DNA of 64,000 nt from Pseudovirgaria hyperparasitica (taxonomy: Eukaryota). Shown in pieces: positions 1 through 10,904 of the stretch. Position numbers and translations under genes: made by a program. Every line of letters begins with the position of its first letter. Within the stretch, counting starts at the first letter, position 1. Location of the stretch: assembly GCA_010093815.1 (NCBI GenBank), contig ML996574.1; one strand, given 5' to 3'. The notes under the pieces are model-generated. The model did not search any database, was not told the origin of the DNA, and saw only the letters and a program-made list of their open reading frames with translations.

Positions 1-2317
1 CATTTCTGTACAGTGCATTCTCGGCCTCGATGGGAAGGACGATATTCCATTTCTGCACGAGACCCCGAATGATGTTGAGAGAGCCGACGGCCCACTCGTT
101 ACGGGTAACAAGATCTTGGAACGAGTTGCAAGCGGCAGTAAGGTATGTTGAGGAAGCAATTGCTGGTATATTGATAATGTGTATGGTGCATGCAGTGAGC
201 AGGCAATGCACTTGAAATGTGTACAGTCCACTGAGACCGTACATGCGCCGGTGCTGTGCAAAAATATCTGATATGTAGTTTGCCGAGCGACGACAGACAT
301 CTCGTGGAGACAAATTTGATTCGGTAAAGGTTGCTTTCAGGAACGGGCGAAATAATAGGAGCACTGCGGCGTGATAGTACATGCTGTGAGAAAGTCAATA
401 ATGAGGAGTCGATGACGTCTCTTCGAATAGTAACTTACTGCAAGCATAATACATGAGGCGGTGCGTCGTCAATAGAAGAGATGATATCAGGGAGGCGCCG
501 AGACCAATTCACGTATTTCGTGTATTCATCCAAGAGAAGACTCCCACTCAGGACTCGGGTTGGTGCAAAAAACATGCAGAGTGTTGAGTTGACTATTTTG
601 GAAAGAGCAGCACACTGATTGAACGTTGTGGATCTTGCGCCAGGTTTGTCAGGTCCAGGTGTATCGTAGGCATTCCAGGGTTGCTTGTCCAGATCATCGT
701 CGACTGGTGGTAGTTCTATAGTCACAGCACTGGTAGGGATCTGTGGGACTCGGCCAAGGGTGAAACTTGTTACCCTTTTGGCATGTCAGCTCAAGGTCGC
801 GTGTGCGGGCCTGGTCTCACTTACTGGTCGGAGATGAAGCAACCCCAGAAGGCGTGGCGCCTGGCGAATTCTTGTCGTTGAGTCTCGTCGTCCATTTCAT
901 TCTCCCTCACTTCTATGCGAAGATGCAAGTTCAAGTCAAGTGCCATACGTGAGCTTTTACCGCTATACATCCACAGGGAGCTTAGGCGGCCCCTGTTCCC
1001 TTCGACATGACAGAGGAGAAATAGCGCTGCAGTAGTCGGTATGCTAGAAGCACAGTTATCTGAGTTCAGTAATCGTACTGCCTCTTCATAGAAATCGAGA
1101 CCCGCAGATCTAGCATCCTCAGGATCTCGTCTAGCTCTTGTTCTTGACGACAACAGACATCCTGCTGCACATATCGCATTCACAAGCGTCGATGAACAAA
1201 ACTTTGTCTCACCAGAGGCCATGTCACGGCGAAATAGGTTTTCTGGGAAGCTCTGGAAGAACGAGTGCTGCCATGCGAAGTAGACATCCAGAAGATGGTT
1301 GACATATTCCAAGTCGTCTGTGACAGTGGTCCATCTGGCACTTTGGCCAAGAGGTGTCTGCGCCTGCGGAGCTGCGCTCTCCTGGTAGGCAGCGCCTTTG
1401 ACCAGTCCAAACGTGCTGGCACGAGCAGAATAGTCTGCCTCCAATCCAGGTGTCACATTGTCACCACGTTGCGGACGCAACGGATGGAGTAGGTTTTTAT
1501 GCGCTATATCTCCCAATATCACCGGTACATCTTCCTTCCTTCGTAAGCGTCGTTGGATTTCTTCGAGCTCAGTCGAGTTTGCATGCGTGATGGTCTTGAC
1601 GAACAGTTCAAGTTGCTCCAGTCTCGATACTTGTCGCGGTCTTTCCTGCGCAGAACTTGCTATAGATGGATATATCAGCAGCTGACAGGAGTATAAGCCC
1701 TTAATGACGCACCTTCGGAATGTGAGACCGACTCTGCAGGCGATGCTTGAGCGGCGGCCGTGCGTGCGGCATGGGTCTCACGCGCAATTGCATTGGCATC
1801 TCCGCCAGGTGATCGTAGTCGGCGTAGAGTGTGAGAAAGCTGTTCTTCGGGTGCGGACTGTAGGGTGACGATGAGAGACTCGAGCACGTTTTTCTCCTCG
1901 GTGACAGATTCGAGGCTTTCGCGAAGGAAGGTAAGTCTTCGAACAGTCAGCACATCTGCGCTCTACCACGCTCTCACTCACCCTTACTTCCGCTGGTTGT
2001 CGTCCATATCATATAGGCAAGGTCCTCCCCCTCGAGCAATGCATTGCGAGCATGCAGGGCGGCGTCCATCGCACTGTAGCGGTAATTGTGTCAGAACAAG
2101 CCAACAGCTAAACAAGGGAAAGCATACAAGACAGAAGACCTACCTTTGTTTTGCGCCTGCGGCAGGGCACGCAAGCGACGATGGTGATTTTCCCACGTTT
2201 TGCGTAGGAAGGCTTGTTTGGGCCGGCACCAGACCCTGGCGGGGGCTGTGATTGGTCCTGGTCGGCGAAAGTGTTTGAAGGAGTATTGATAAAGGTGGGT
2301 AGAGGAGGTCTACTCAT
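1..2317 (-). CDS. Zn2Cys6 (GAL4-type) transcription factor with fungal TF middle domain; multi-exon, 3' end runs off the window
   Basis: ATG at 2317. The binuclear cluster ACVPCRRRKTK|CDGRRPACSQC...PC is split by a GT-AG intron (2143-2074). Middle-homology-like exons (HLLDVYFAWQH...RRHAFWGCFISDQ) lie in ORFs 821-1522 and 435-725, and the frame is still open at position 1. Confidence 0.9.
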
Positions 2318-4635
2318 GGCGACCTTGCAATGGTAGAAGAACAACGTGTGGCGGAGAAGGGTGCAGTGGCAGTGCGATGCAATTCAGAAGATGCAATTTA
2401 GAAGAAACCCATGTCCAGATTCAAATTCGCGTTTTCTTGGATCCTCAGGCTAGAACTCGCGAACGTTAGCGGGGTCTAGAGGTGGTGGTGGGTGGGCGGT
2501 ATTAGTGGTGGTACCTTAGCAGTGGAAGTCGGGTGGCAGTTAGGCAGTTAGGCAGTAAGCGCCGCCCGTCTGCTTCCAATGTCGGGGGGAGCTTTGGCGG
2601 GGGGAGAGGCAGAGGCAGAGGCAGCTGAAGGTGGCGGTGATAGCAGCCTACTGTAGCTGGTATTTAGTATTTAGTGCCTATCGGAGCCTTAAGCCAGCAG
2701 CACCTCACAACCCTCACTCAACAACCTGAGGCAACAAGCAGTCAGTTAGACCTCGGTCGCTTGTGGTGGCGAAATGCGAATCTCCTCCAATTCCACTAGC
2801 CACACCACGGTAAGAATATCGGTTTTTATATCGGTCGCGTCAACTTGAATAATTCAACGAGTTGAGTGAAAGAAGCAAACTGGCGAGAGAAGAGAAGTCT
2901 GATGGAGAAAGACAGGTTGACAGCAGGTCTATCGCGCAATTGGAATTGAAGAGAGTAAAAAAGGTAGAGAGAGGCACACTTGCGCGAGACCGAGACCGAG
3001 ACTGTGGGAAGAAAGTGCGACGACTGTGCTGAGGATGGATGAGGCGTGTGAAGACGGGGGCAGATACAGTAGTTGGGGTTTGGTCTTGAGTTGGACTATT
3101 CGGATTCGCCACCGCGTGAGCTAGATGCGACGGGAGATCCATATGGGCCACAATTCCTGTTCCTGATGCTATTTCGCCATCACCTTTCACCTGGCCAAGG
3201 TTTGTATATCCGTCTTCTGGCTCTGATCTGCAGGCTGGCCATGGGGTTTGCATGCTTGCATGCCCCCGACATGGCATTCAGCCATTTCTGTGCCCGGTCA
3301 GAGAGGCAAATGTCGTCTCGGAGATGGATCCGAAGCATGACTTTTGTCGTGTTCCCGTACCCTCGACGTAGATATCACTAGACTTGCGGGCACGGCCCTG
3401 GGAGATCGGCAGCGCCAGAGCCACATCCACTTCTGCCTCTGCTTTGGGCCCTGGGCGCTGCTGGCAACGGCAATTGCGACTACAACACTGCCTCGTTAGC
3501 CAGGACTTGTTGCAATATGCTGGGCTGTCTGAACCATCCCATACCTTATCTGAGCTCATGGCTTCGATGGACAGACGGGATTGGAGTGCCAGTGCGAGTG
3601 CGAGTAGGAGTGGCAGGAGGAATGAGAATGCCTGGGTGGAGAGAATGTCTGCGCTTACGTCGAGGGTGGATGCGCAGTGAGGTTTGACGTCCAACCCGAG
3701 TGGGCCGCTGCCGGGGTGCTTCCGACTTTTCGGCTTCGGAATGCGCCCGCAGTATTCACATCAATCGTCTGTCATCACAAAATCGTTGGATATGATCGAA
3801 AAGGTTGGTCGCCATTTCCTTCCCTTCTCCGATGTGATAATATGCTCCTCATCTCTGTCGACATCTCAATAGCCATGTATCTACACTCGACTTCGTCCGT
3901 TCAAAGGCGACGAAGTATAAGGCATGCGCACGGGCATGGGCATGGGCATAGAGTCTTACGCGACGCTGATGCTGATGCGTTGGTGCTGTATTGTACCACA
4001 GGAACCACAATCATCGCCACTCGGTATTGCATGGTTCAACCGTCCGGTGCTCCACCTGTCGATCCTGTACTCATCTTGCTGTGGCGTTTTGGCGTCGTGT
4101 CCACCCTAATGGCTTGTCGTATCTTTGCCACACTGATAACTATACTATGACTCAGAATCGACCTGCTTATGAATTCAGAAAGTTACGTGGACCACCTATG
4201 ATCATTTGACAAAGGAGCAGGGAAAGGGACTGGTATGACTGCTATGTTGTGTTGCACATAGCCCAATTGCTTAGACAAGGCACCCCTGTCAGGTATTTCT
4301 ATGAAATATGTACATGAATGGAGGACGCTCACGAAGAGCCGTGAGCGCCCAATGTATGTTCAAACGAGTGTTGAATGCCGCCCGCTATGCTAGGCTCATG
4401 ATTGGATATCGTCGTTAACGTAAAGGAAAATCAACCAAAGTTCAGGCTTGTCTGTTCAAGTGTAATACTTTTGAATGCAAACGAATTTGCAATGGCAGCT
4501 TCATTTGCACATTGCGAAAGAAAAGCCTTGTGGCTGACTGAAAATGAGCTCTGCTCTGAAGAAATGTATGATGTATCGTTCAATGTTCAGGACATCTTAC
4601 GACTTTACAAGGAAAACTTGCTAGTTTCTTGTGTG

Positions 4636-6011
4636 TTACGTGGACTTGACGCAGTAACTGTAGCCCAGCCACAAGTTCTTGCAGTCGGCCGTAAGCCCTT
4701 TGTTCCAGCTGATCAGCTGGGTCAATGAGATAGAGAACTGCTCGGTGACTTTGTCGCAGTATTCGCCATCGGTGATAGTGTGATACAGCGAACAATTGTC
4801 GACTGCTTCCGGGTATTTGTTTGATGGTGTGGTTTCCCCACCACTCACGTCTACGATGGTGGTAACTTGGTGTTGTTCAATATCAGTAGCGTCGTGGTCG
4901 TCCTCTCCAGTAGATGGTGTGGTAGTGACAGTCGCTGGTGACTGAGGAGGGTCTACAGTGACAGAGGCTGGTGGAGAAGAAATAGGAGTCGGTGTGGGTG
5001 TAGGTGTAGGTGTGAGGGATGAAGTCTCAGCCACGGCAGGAGCTGAAGTAGGTGCTGATTCTGGGGTAGTATCGACGCTCTCTTTCTGTGCATAGTTGCT
5101 ATCAACTTGGCCATAGCTGCCTTCGCTAGCAGTCAAAGTGCCCACGAGGCCAGCGTCACACTTTGAAGCGTCGGCACACCACCCAAGGAGGCGGTTGGCG
5201 ATGTCCGAAGCGTAACAATGAGTAGCGATTCCTTGCCCGAGATTTCCGGAGGATGCAATGCTTCCACTGTTGTACATTCTGGCTGCCTTGTAGTACTTGC
5301 TAACGTCAGAACCTCCTGACATCTCAACGAGTTGCTTGAGACCGTCGCCATCTGCAGTACCAGCAGCCCCCTATATCGTGTCAGCATTCGGTCGAGCAGG
5401 CAATTCTCAGGGGGAACCTTACATCACGAATCATCTGTGTGATGATTTCATCTGGGCATGGGTTCAGCACACCATTTGCGCCATTACAGGAACCTTTGCC
5501 ATTGTGAGATTGCATCAAGCCGGGGTTGATGACTCCGTTGTCTGTTGTTGGGGCTCGTACGCAACCATTGCTTTCTTGCATGACAATGGAGAAGATGAAA
5601 CGAGGATCCAGATCAGTTTCGCCAGCCACGGTTGATATGCTCTTCTTCAGAGCCTTAATCTCCTCGTCGCTGTTGTTCTCAACGTTCCATTGGGTGCAAG
5701 ATTTGGACAGGATATCCTTGTTATCAGAGAACCTAAGCAGATTAGCCTATGACCAGGATATCGACTCCCGCTGTGTTTGCTATCGTGCAAACGCTGTCAG
5801 CTTCAACTTACATGTCGTCATAGCTAGAAACCCATTCATTTTCAGCAGGCCAGCCCTGGAGAGGGCTACCATTTCCACCAAAGGTTGTATAAGAGTTCGC
5901 ATCACGCGACACGAGTTTAGCACGCGGTGCTAGAGAGCTAAACAGCAGAGGAGCAGCAGAAGAGAGAGTGACAAGACCGCTTGCGGCCAGTATGAAAGGA
6001 GTGTAGACCAT
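4636..6011 (-). CDS. Secreted lysozyme-like/lytic transglycosylase (SLT/GH23-like) domain protein with S/T/P-rich linker and C-terminal LysM; 3 exons
   Basis: Hydrophobic signal peptide MVYTPFILAASGLVTLSSA. Motifs IVMQES, PGLMQ and MYNSG appear in the order typical of SLT/goose-lysozyme folds. Fungal LysM: CSLYHTITDGEYCDKV...LISWNKGLTADCKNLWLGYSYCV. Canonical introns. Confidence 0.8.
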
Positions 6012-7705
6012 GATGATGGTAGTGGAACCGGCTAGCGGTATAAATGAATGAGAGAATTGAAAGAAAAGACGAAAGCAAAGAATGGAAGCTGAGCTGCTGT
6101 GTTCCCACAGAAAAAAGAGTGAGTGTGAGAGAGGAAGGGCAGTATTTAAGAGCAAGTCAATATGACGGACCTCCACACACTGCAGCGCGCACGGGCTGTC
6201 CATCTTCGAACGCCGAGAACGATCTAGCCGTGCCCCCGTAAACACGAGCTGACTCGGTAGCCCAATCAGCGACCAGAAAGGCAGTTTGCTGCATCACGAA
6301 CACAACATGAAACGTCCAGGTCGCTACCTGACAGGGCGCTGCAGCTGAACAAGCCCTACCCGTCGACCTGACCAACCATGAAATCGAAGCTGTACCTTGG
6401 TGTGCATCTTGTGTGCCTCAACACTCCCACTCTAGAAGCGCATTTGTGATCCTTTTGGGTTCGTGTTTCACCAGTTACGCCTGGTGTTATCTCCAAGGCT
6501 GCGAAGTAGAGTCTTATTTTGATGAAAAGAAGGCGAATGTTGTCAGTTTAGGTACAACAGAGCTAGCTGTATGGAGAGAACAGGCCGAGGAACGATGGTC
6601 AATTTGAAACAATCACCTTCCTTTTCCTTAGCTACGACTCTCTCCGGAACAGGGGAGAGGGTTCGGAGGAGGAGAAGAGTATGTATCCAGCATTCCTGGG
6701 CAGGGTAAAAGGTTTGTTTGATTTGATGAATGAGCCCTTGGGAGGAGATGTGGCTGTGGTACAGGTGAAGGTATGTCTGACTGTATCAGGGGCAGCCAAC
6801 CAAACAGGACGGTGGCGGCCTAGCGAAGGTTCTACGCCACGCAAGGGCACAGCCGACGATCTTCTCCCTGCCAGCAGCCCAACAACCGGGTAGGCCAGGG
6901 GCGAAACGTGAGGGGATGCACACTCAACCACGGTGGAACACGTCTGCATTACGGCGGTGAGGGCGGGATGGCGTGCGAGAGAAGGGAGAAGGTGAAGATG
7001 CGATGAATGATGATATACTGTAGTACCGAAAGGGGTCGAAGGAAGAGGTTGTTTCCCCAGTTCTCTCCACTTTTAAGATCTCACGCTTTGAACCTTAGTT
7101 GGTGGTGCGTACCGTGCCCCTTTCCCTCATCCCTGCAATCGATAAGGGGCCGCTCACGGTAACGACAAGGATGACGATAAGTCCATGCTGAAGTGTGCAC
7201 GGTTACCATCAGCATGAATATAATCATCATAAAAGGGACGACAGCAAGGAATGAGAAAAAGCATTACTAATTCTCTTCTGGAATATATTTTTCGCATCCC
7301 AAGGTCAACTGCGTGATTATCTTCTACATGGAATAAATACATCTATCTCTAAGCATAGCGGACCCAGAGACGACGATAGCTCAGCCATGCCCGACATGCC
7401 CATATTGCAGGAAACCCATGTTCACCTAGTGTGTGATCTATTCATACTTCAGGAGAGTGCTTTATATCTGCTTGTCAAGAGCTAGCAGTCTTCATTCTAT
7501 CTGTGGTGAGTTTACTTATATGCCGAATCTCAAGCCGGCCGAGTACCACTGAGTCACCTCATCCGACCCATAGCTTTCATTTGTCAGCGCGTAACTGTCC
7601 ACCTGTATATCCGTCTAGCTTCATATCCGCGAAACAAGTATTTCCTAGATCTGTCTTCTCACGCCATCTATCTGTTAGCCACTGTGTCACTGTGCTTCCC
7701 ACACC

Positions 7706-8809
7706 ATGGCCTCTGTCGCCCACATTCGCCTTGCCGTCCTTGACGATTATGCAGAGCTGGCAGAAAAGCACTTCCGTTCTGCAGGCCTCAACCTGGAGAG
7801 CTACCATTCCTTTCCCAAAACACTAGATCCAAAGACACCAGACGGCCTCGCTGCACTGACAGCCCAGCTCGAACCATTCAATGTCATTAGCACAATGCGC
7901 GAGCGAACGCCCTTCCCGGCAGAGCTCCTAACTTCCCTTCCCAACCTCAAGCTACTCCTTACGACAGGAATGAGGAATGCCTCCCTTGATCTCGAAACCG
8001 CCAGACAACGCGGTATCCTGGTCGCGGGCACGCAAGCGAAACCCCCAGCCGACAGCCTGGACTTCCGCCTCCCACCCTCCACACACGACACCACAACCCA
8101 ACAGGCAATATCTCTCCTTCTCAGCCTAACCTCCCGCATCCCGCACGACCATCGACAGATCACGAATCCAAGCACACCAGATGCATGGCAAAGCGGCTTC
8201 AGCATCCCCCTGTACGGCAAGACCCTAGGCGTCATCGGACTCGGCAAGCTGGGCACCAACCTCGCGCGCATCTGCGTGCAAGCATTCGGCATGAAGGTCA
8301 TCTGCTGGAGCAGCAATCTCGACCAGAGCAAGGCCGACGACGCAGCGGCCGGCGCGGGACTCCCCGCCGGGAGCTTCACGGCCGTTGCAAAACAGGAGCT
8401 TCTCCGGACGGCGGACGTTGTCAGTCTCCATCTCGTGCTTTCGGATCGCTCGCGCGGCACGCTGAAGGCGGAGGATCTCGCTCTGCTCAAACCAAGTGCT
8501 TTGCTCGTCAATACTGCGAGAGCGGGGTTGATCGAGGAAGATGCTCTGCTACATGTGCTGGAAAAGGGGCGGATCGCAGGAGCTGCTCTTGACGTCTTCT
8601 GGAAGGAGCCTTTGCCGGAAGATAGTCTGTGGCGGACAACGAGGTGGGGAGAAGATGGGCATAGTATGGTTGTGTTGAGCCCGCATATGGGCTATGTCAA
8701 TGAAGTGACTATGCGGTGGTGGTACAAAGAACAGGCTCAGGAGGTGAAGAGATGGTCTGAGGGCGAGTCGCCGCTGAACATTATGAATAATCCGGTCTCG
8801 GCGAGCTAG
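7706..8809 (+). CDS. D-isomer-specific 2-hydroxyacid dehydrogenase (PGDH-like), intronless
   Basis: 367-aa ORF with MRERTPF, TTGMRNAS, the GLGKLG nucleotide-binding motif, and catalytic NTAR, DVFWKEP and SPHMG. Confidence 0.92.
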   Translation: MASVAHIRLAVLDDYAELAEKHFRSAGLNLESYHSFPKTLDPKTPDGLAALTAQLEPFNVISTMRERTPFPAELLTSLPNLKLLLTTGMRNASLDLETARQRGILVAGTQAKPPADSLDFRLPPSTHDTTTQQAISLLLSLTSRIPHDHRQITNPSTPDAWQSGFSIPLYGKTLGVIGLGKLGTNLARICVQAFGMKVICWSSNLDQSKADDAAAGAGLPAGSFTAVAKQELLRTADVVSLHLVLSDRSRGTLKAEDLALLKPSALLVNTARAGLIEEDALLHVLEKGRIAGAALDVFWKEPLPEDSLWRTTRWGEDGHSMVVLSPHMGYVNEVTMRWWYKEQAQEVKRWSEGESPLNIMNNPVSAS

Positions 8810-9545
8810 ATCGTATTAAATACAGCCAGACAATATGTTCTACCACTCAACGCCCCAGAGACCAGTCTGCACTCTAACTTCACCTTATTCATAACACATA
8901 ACATCACACGCAAACACACAATCACTCAAACCCCAAAACAGACAACCTTCCCAAGAAACACAAATAACCTCAGAATCTCACTCAGATGAAATTCTCATGA
9001 ACCAAAAGTGCAAGAACTACATTACGCATAGACATAAATAGACATCACGTGTATAAGTTTGTGGCCCCAATCTTGGAAGACATGCAGCAGCGCATGCGAC
9101 CTATGCACTCTCCTCGTATGATCCTACGCTTTTCCTAGTTCGGAACAACTCAGAGCAAGACCTCTAGCCCCTGATATACACCAATCAGTATAACATGCCC
9201 TGAGAGGTTCTCTGGTGTGCTCCCGAGGGCCGGTAAGTAGCACTGAGTGGAGACAGGAGTGGGAAGCTCCAGATTGCTACCTGAACGACTACTATGAGCA
9301 GTTCACGGCAGGCATTGCTAGTAGGAATCATGCAATGGCGGTTCAGAACCATGTGGGTTAAGAGTGGAAGGACAGCAGCATCACTGGACGAAAGTTTGGC
9401 AGGAGCGGTCCCATCACGTGGAGCACGCACCCGGAACGATACACGAATACACTTTGAGCAAGTCACACAAGACACAACCTGATTATGATGAGAATTACTG
9501 AAGCGTGTACCAAAAACAAAGACGAGAGACTCTCAAACCCCATAT

Positions 9546-10904
9546 TTAACGCTTGCTTCGACGACGCGCCTTGCCATTTGACTTCTTCCCAGCATCGGCA
9601 TTGCCACTACCTCTTCGAACAGTGTAGCCAGCAGCGTCGTTTTCATTTGGCACAACCTCGACCAATCTTACCCCTTCTTCGGGACTCGGTGTCCTGCTCT
9701 CATCAGATATCTCGTGGCCAAGCGAACTATGTCTGTACGTTGAGCCCGGAAGCGCGGGATCAGAGTTCGATGCGGGGAGTCTAGCACCGCCGACGGGCAC
9801 GCGCCTTGTGATAGGCGCGTAGGCGACGTCGGACGATCCAGAAACTACGCGTCGACTGCCGTTTCCTGTCGGATATGGCGCCTGCGGCTGCAGCGCAGGG
9901 TTCTGATGGGTAAACGGATCGTACTGTTGAGCTTGTGGCTGTTGCTGAGCATATGAGTTTGATGACGAGCGAGAACGGTGCATATAGTCAAAGTCCTCAG
10001 CGGAAGGTATAGACTGCCGCGAGCCAGGACGTATAGGAGATGAATAGTAACTTCCTGGCACATCGTATGACTGCGGAGGAGTAGTGTTGCGAGTATTGCT
10101 GCTAGCAGAGCGCGAATTGGGTCTAGAGTGCGATTCGGAGCGCTTGCGAACAGGACCTGGTGATGCCTGCGCCATACCGTAGCTGATAGGGTAGATTTGA
10201 TTACCATTCGGCCCTGGAACCACGAAACCCGGCCCAGGAGCTTGCGGCATATCATCGTAGGATGACATTCGGCTTGTTGCCTTCGATTTTGGTCTAGCTG
10301 GCGAAGCGCTGAAGATAGAGGCGCGAGAGGAAGTTTTCTTTGATCGCAGACTCCCTGTGGCAACGGATGGCTTAGTTTGCTTGATCGGTGGTCGTTGGTA
10401 GGGGGCATCGGCTTGTATTGTTCGCCGGCCCTCAAGCGCAGCCAACTCTTCGTGCGTGAGCTTCACACCAGCTCTACCCTTCGCTGTTGCTTTCCGTATC
10501 CGCTCGATGGCTCGTTGGTAAATAATTTCGTCGTCTTCTGCAGGGTTCAATTGAAGTACGACACCTGGTTGGTCTGCGTAATCGTCGTAGTCCTCCTCCG
10601 AAGACTCAAAGTTCTCTCCATACGCAGGCCCTTCGTCTTGTCTTGAACTCGCTAAATCATATCCATCAAAATACAAGTGATCTGAAGAATAACGCCCCTT
10701 TTGTAACACTGGATCCAATAAAACGCCTTCGGACTCACTGTCCAACTCTTGAAATCTATATACGTCGTTTGGAGGTCTCTCCCATGCCCTTCGTCTCCGA
10801 CCAAGACCTCCATCTGGTGGTCTTCCCCCGGAAGGGGGCAAAGCATAAGGAGTTCGCGGCCGACCACCTAGACCGCCTCCTCTGAAAAAGCTGACTCGAT
10901 GGGT
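9546..10904 (-). CDS. 452-codon ORF of unknown function in the -1 frame of YIP3, with no AUG until 10268; possibly a recoded or spliced C-terminal extension of Yip3
   Basis: The frame is open from just after TAA (10907-10905) to the stop at 9546. Composition is protein-like: acidic patch, amphipathic helix DDEIIYQRAIERIRKA...LTHEELAALE, S/P/R-rich disordered tail and basic C-terminus. The start is undefined. Confidence 0.7.
   Translation of the reverse strand, partial: THRVSFFRGGGLGGRPRTPYALPPSGGRPPDGGLGRRRRAWERPPNDVYRFQELDSESEGVLLDPVLQKGRYSSDHLYFDGYDLASSRQDEGPAYGENFESSEEDYDDYADQPGVVLQLNPAEDDEIIYQRAIERIRKATAKGRAGVKLTHEELAALEGRRTIQADAPYQRPPIKQTKPSVATGSLRSKKTSSRASIFSASPARPKSKATSRMSSYDDMPQAPGPGFVVPGPNGNQIYPISYGMAQASPGPVRKRSESHSRPNSRSASSNTRNTTPPQSYDVPGSYYSSPIRPGSRQSIPSAEDFDYMHRSRSSSNSYAQQQPQAQQYDPFTHQNPALQPQAPYPTGNGSRRVVSGSSDVAYAPITRRVPVGGARLPASNSDPALPGSTYRHSSLGHEISDESRTPSPEEGVRLVEVVPNENDAAGYTVRRGSGNADAGKKSNGKARRRSKR
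10771..10871 (-). other. Putative structured RNA element (two stem-loops with complementary loops) at the YIP3 stop codon
   Basis: Sense-strand pairings: GGTGGTC (10868-10862) with GACCACC (10822-10816); inner CCCCC-TTCC-GGGGG (10838-10825); GGAGGTCT (10811-10804) with AGACCTCC (10778-10771). The loops CTCCTTATGCTTT (10852-10840) and AGGGCATGGGAG (10790-10779) are complementary to each other. Confidence 0.6.

Noticed and set aside
2840..3694. Two back-to-back same-frame minus-strand ORFs (3278-3694, 2840-3277) separated by one stop
   Set aside because: No recognisable domain and repeat-derived composition; probably promoter or UTR sequence of the Zn2Cys6 gene.
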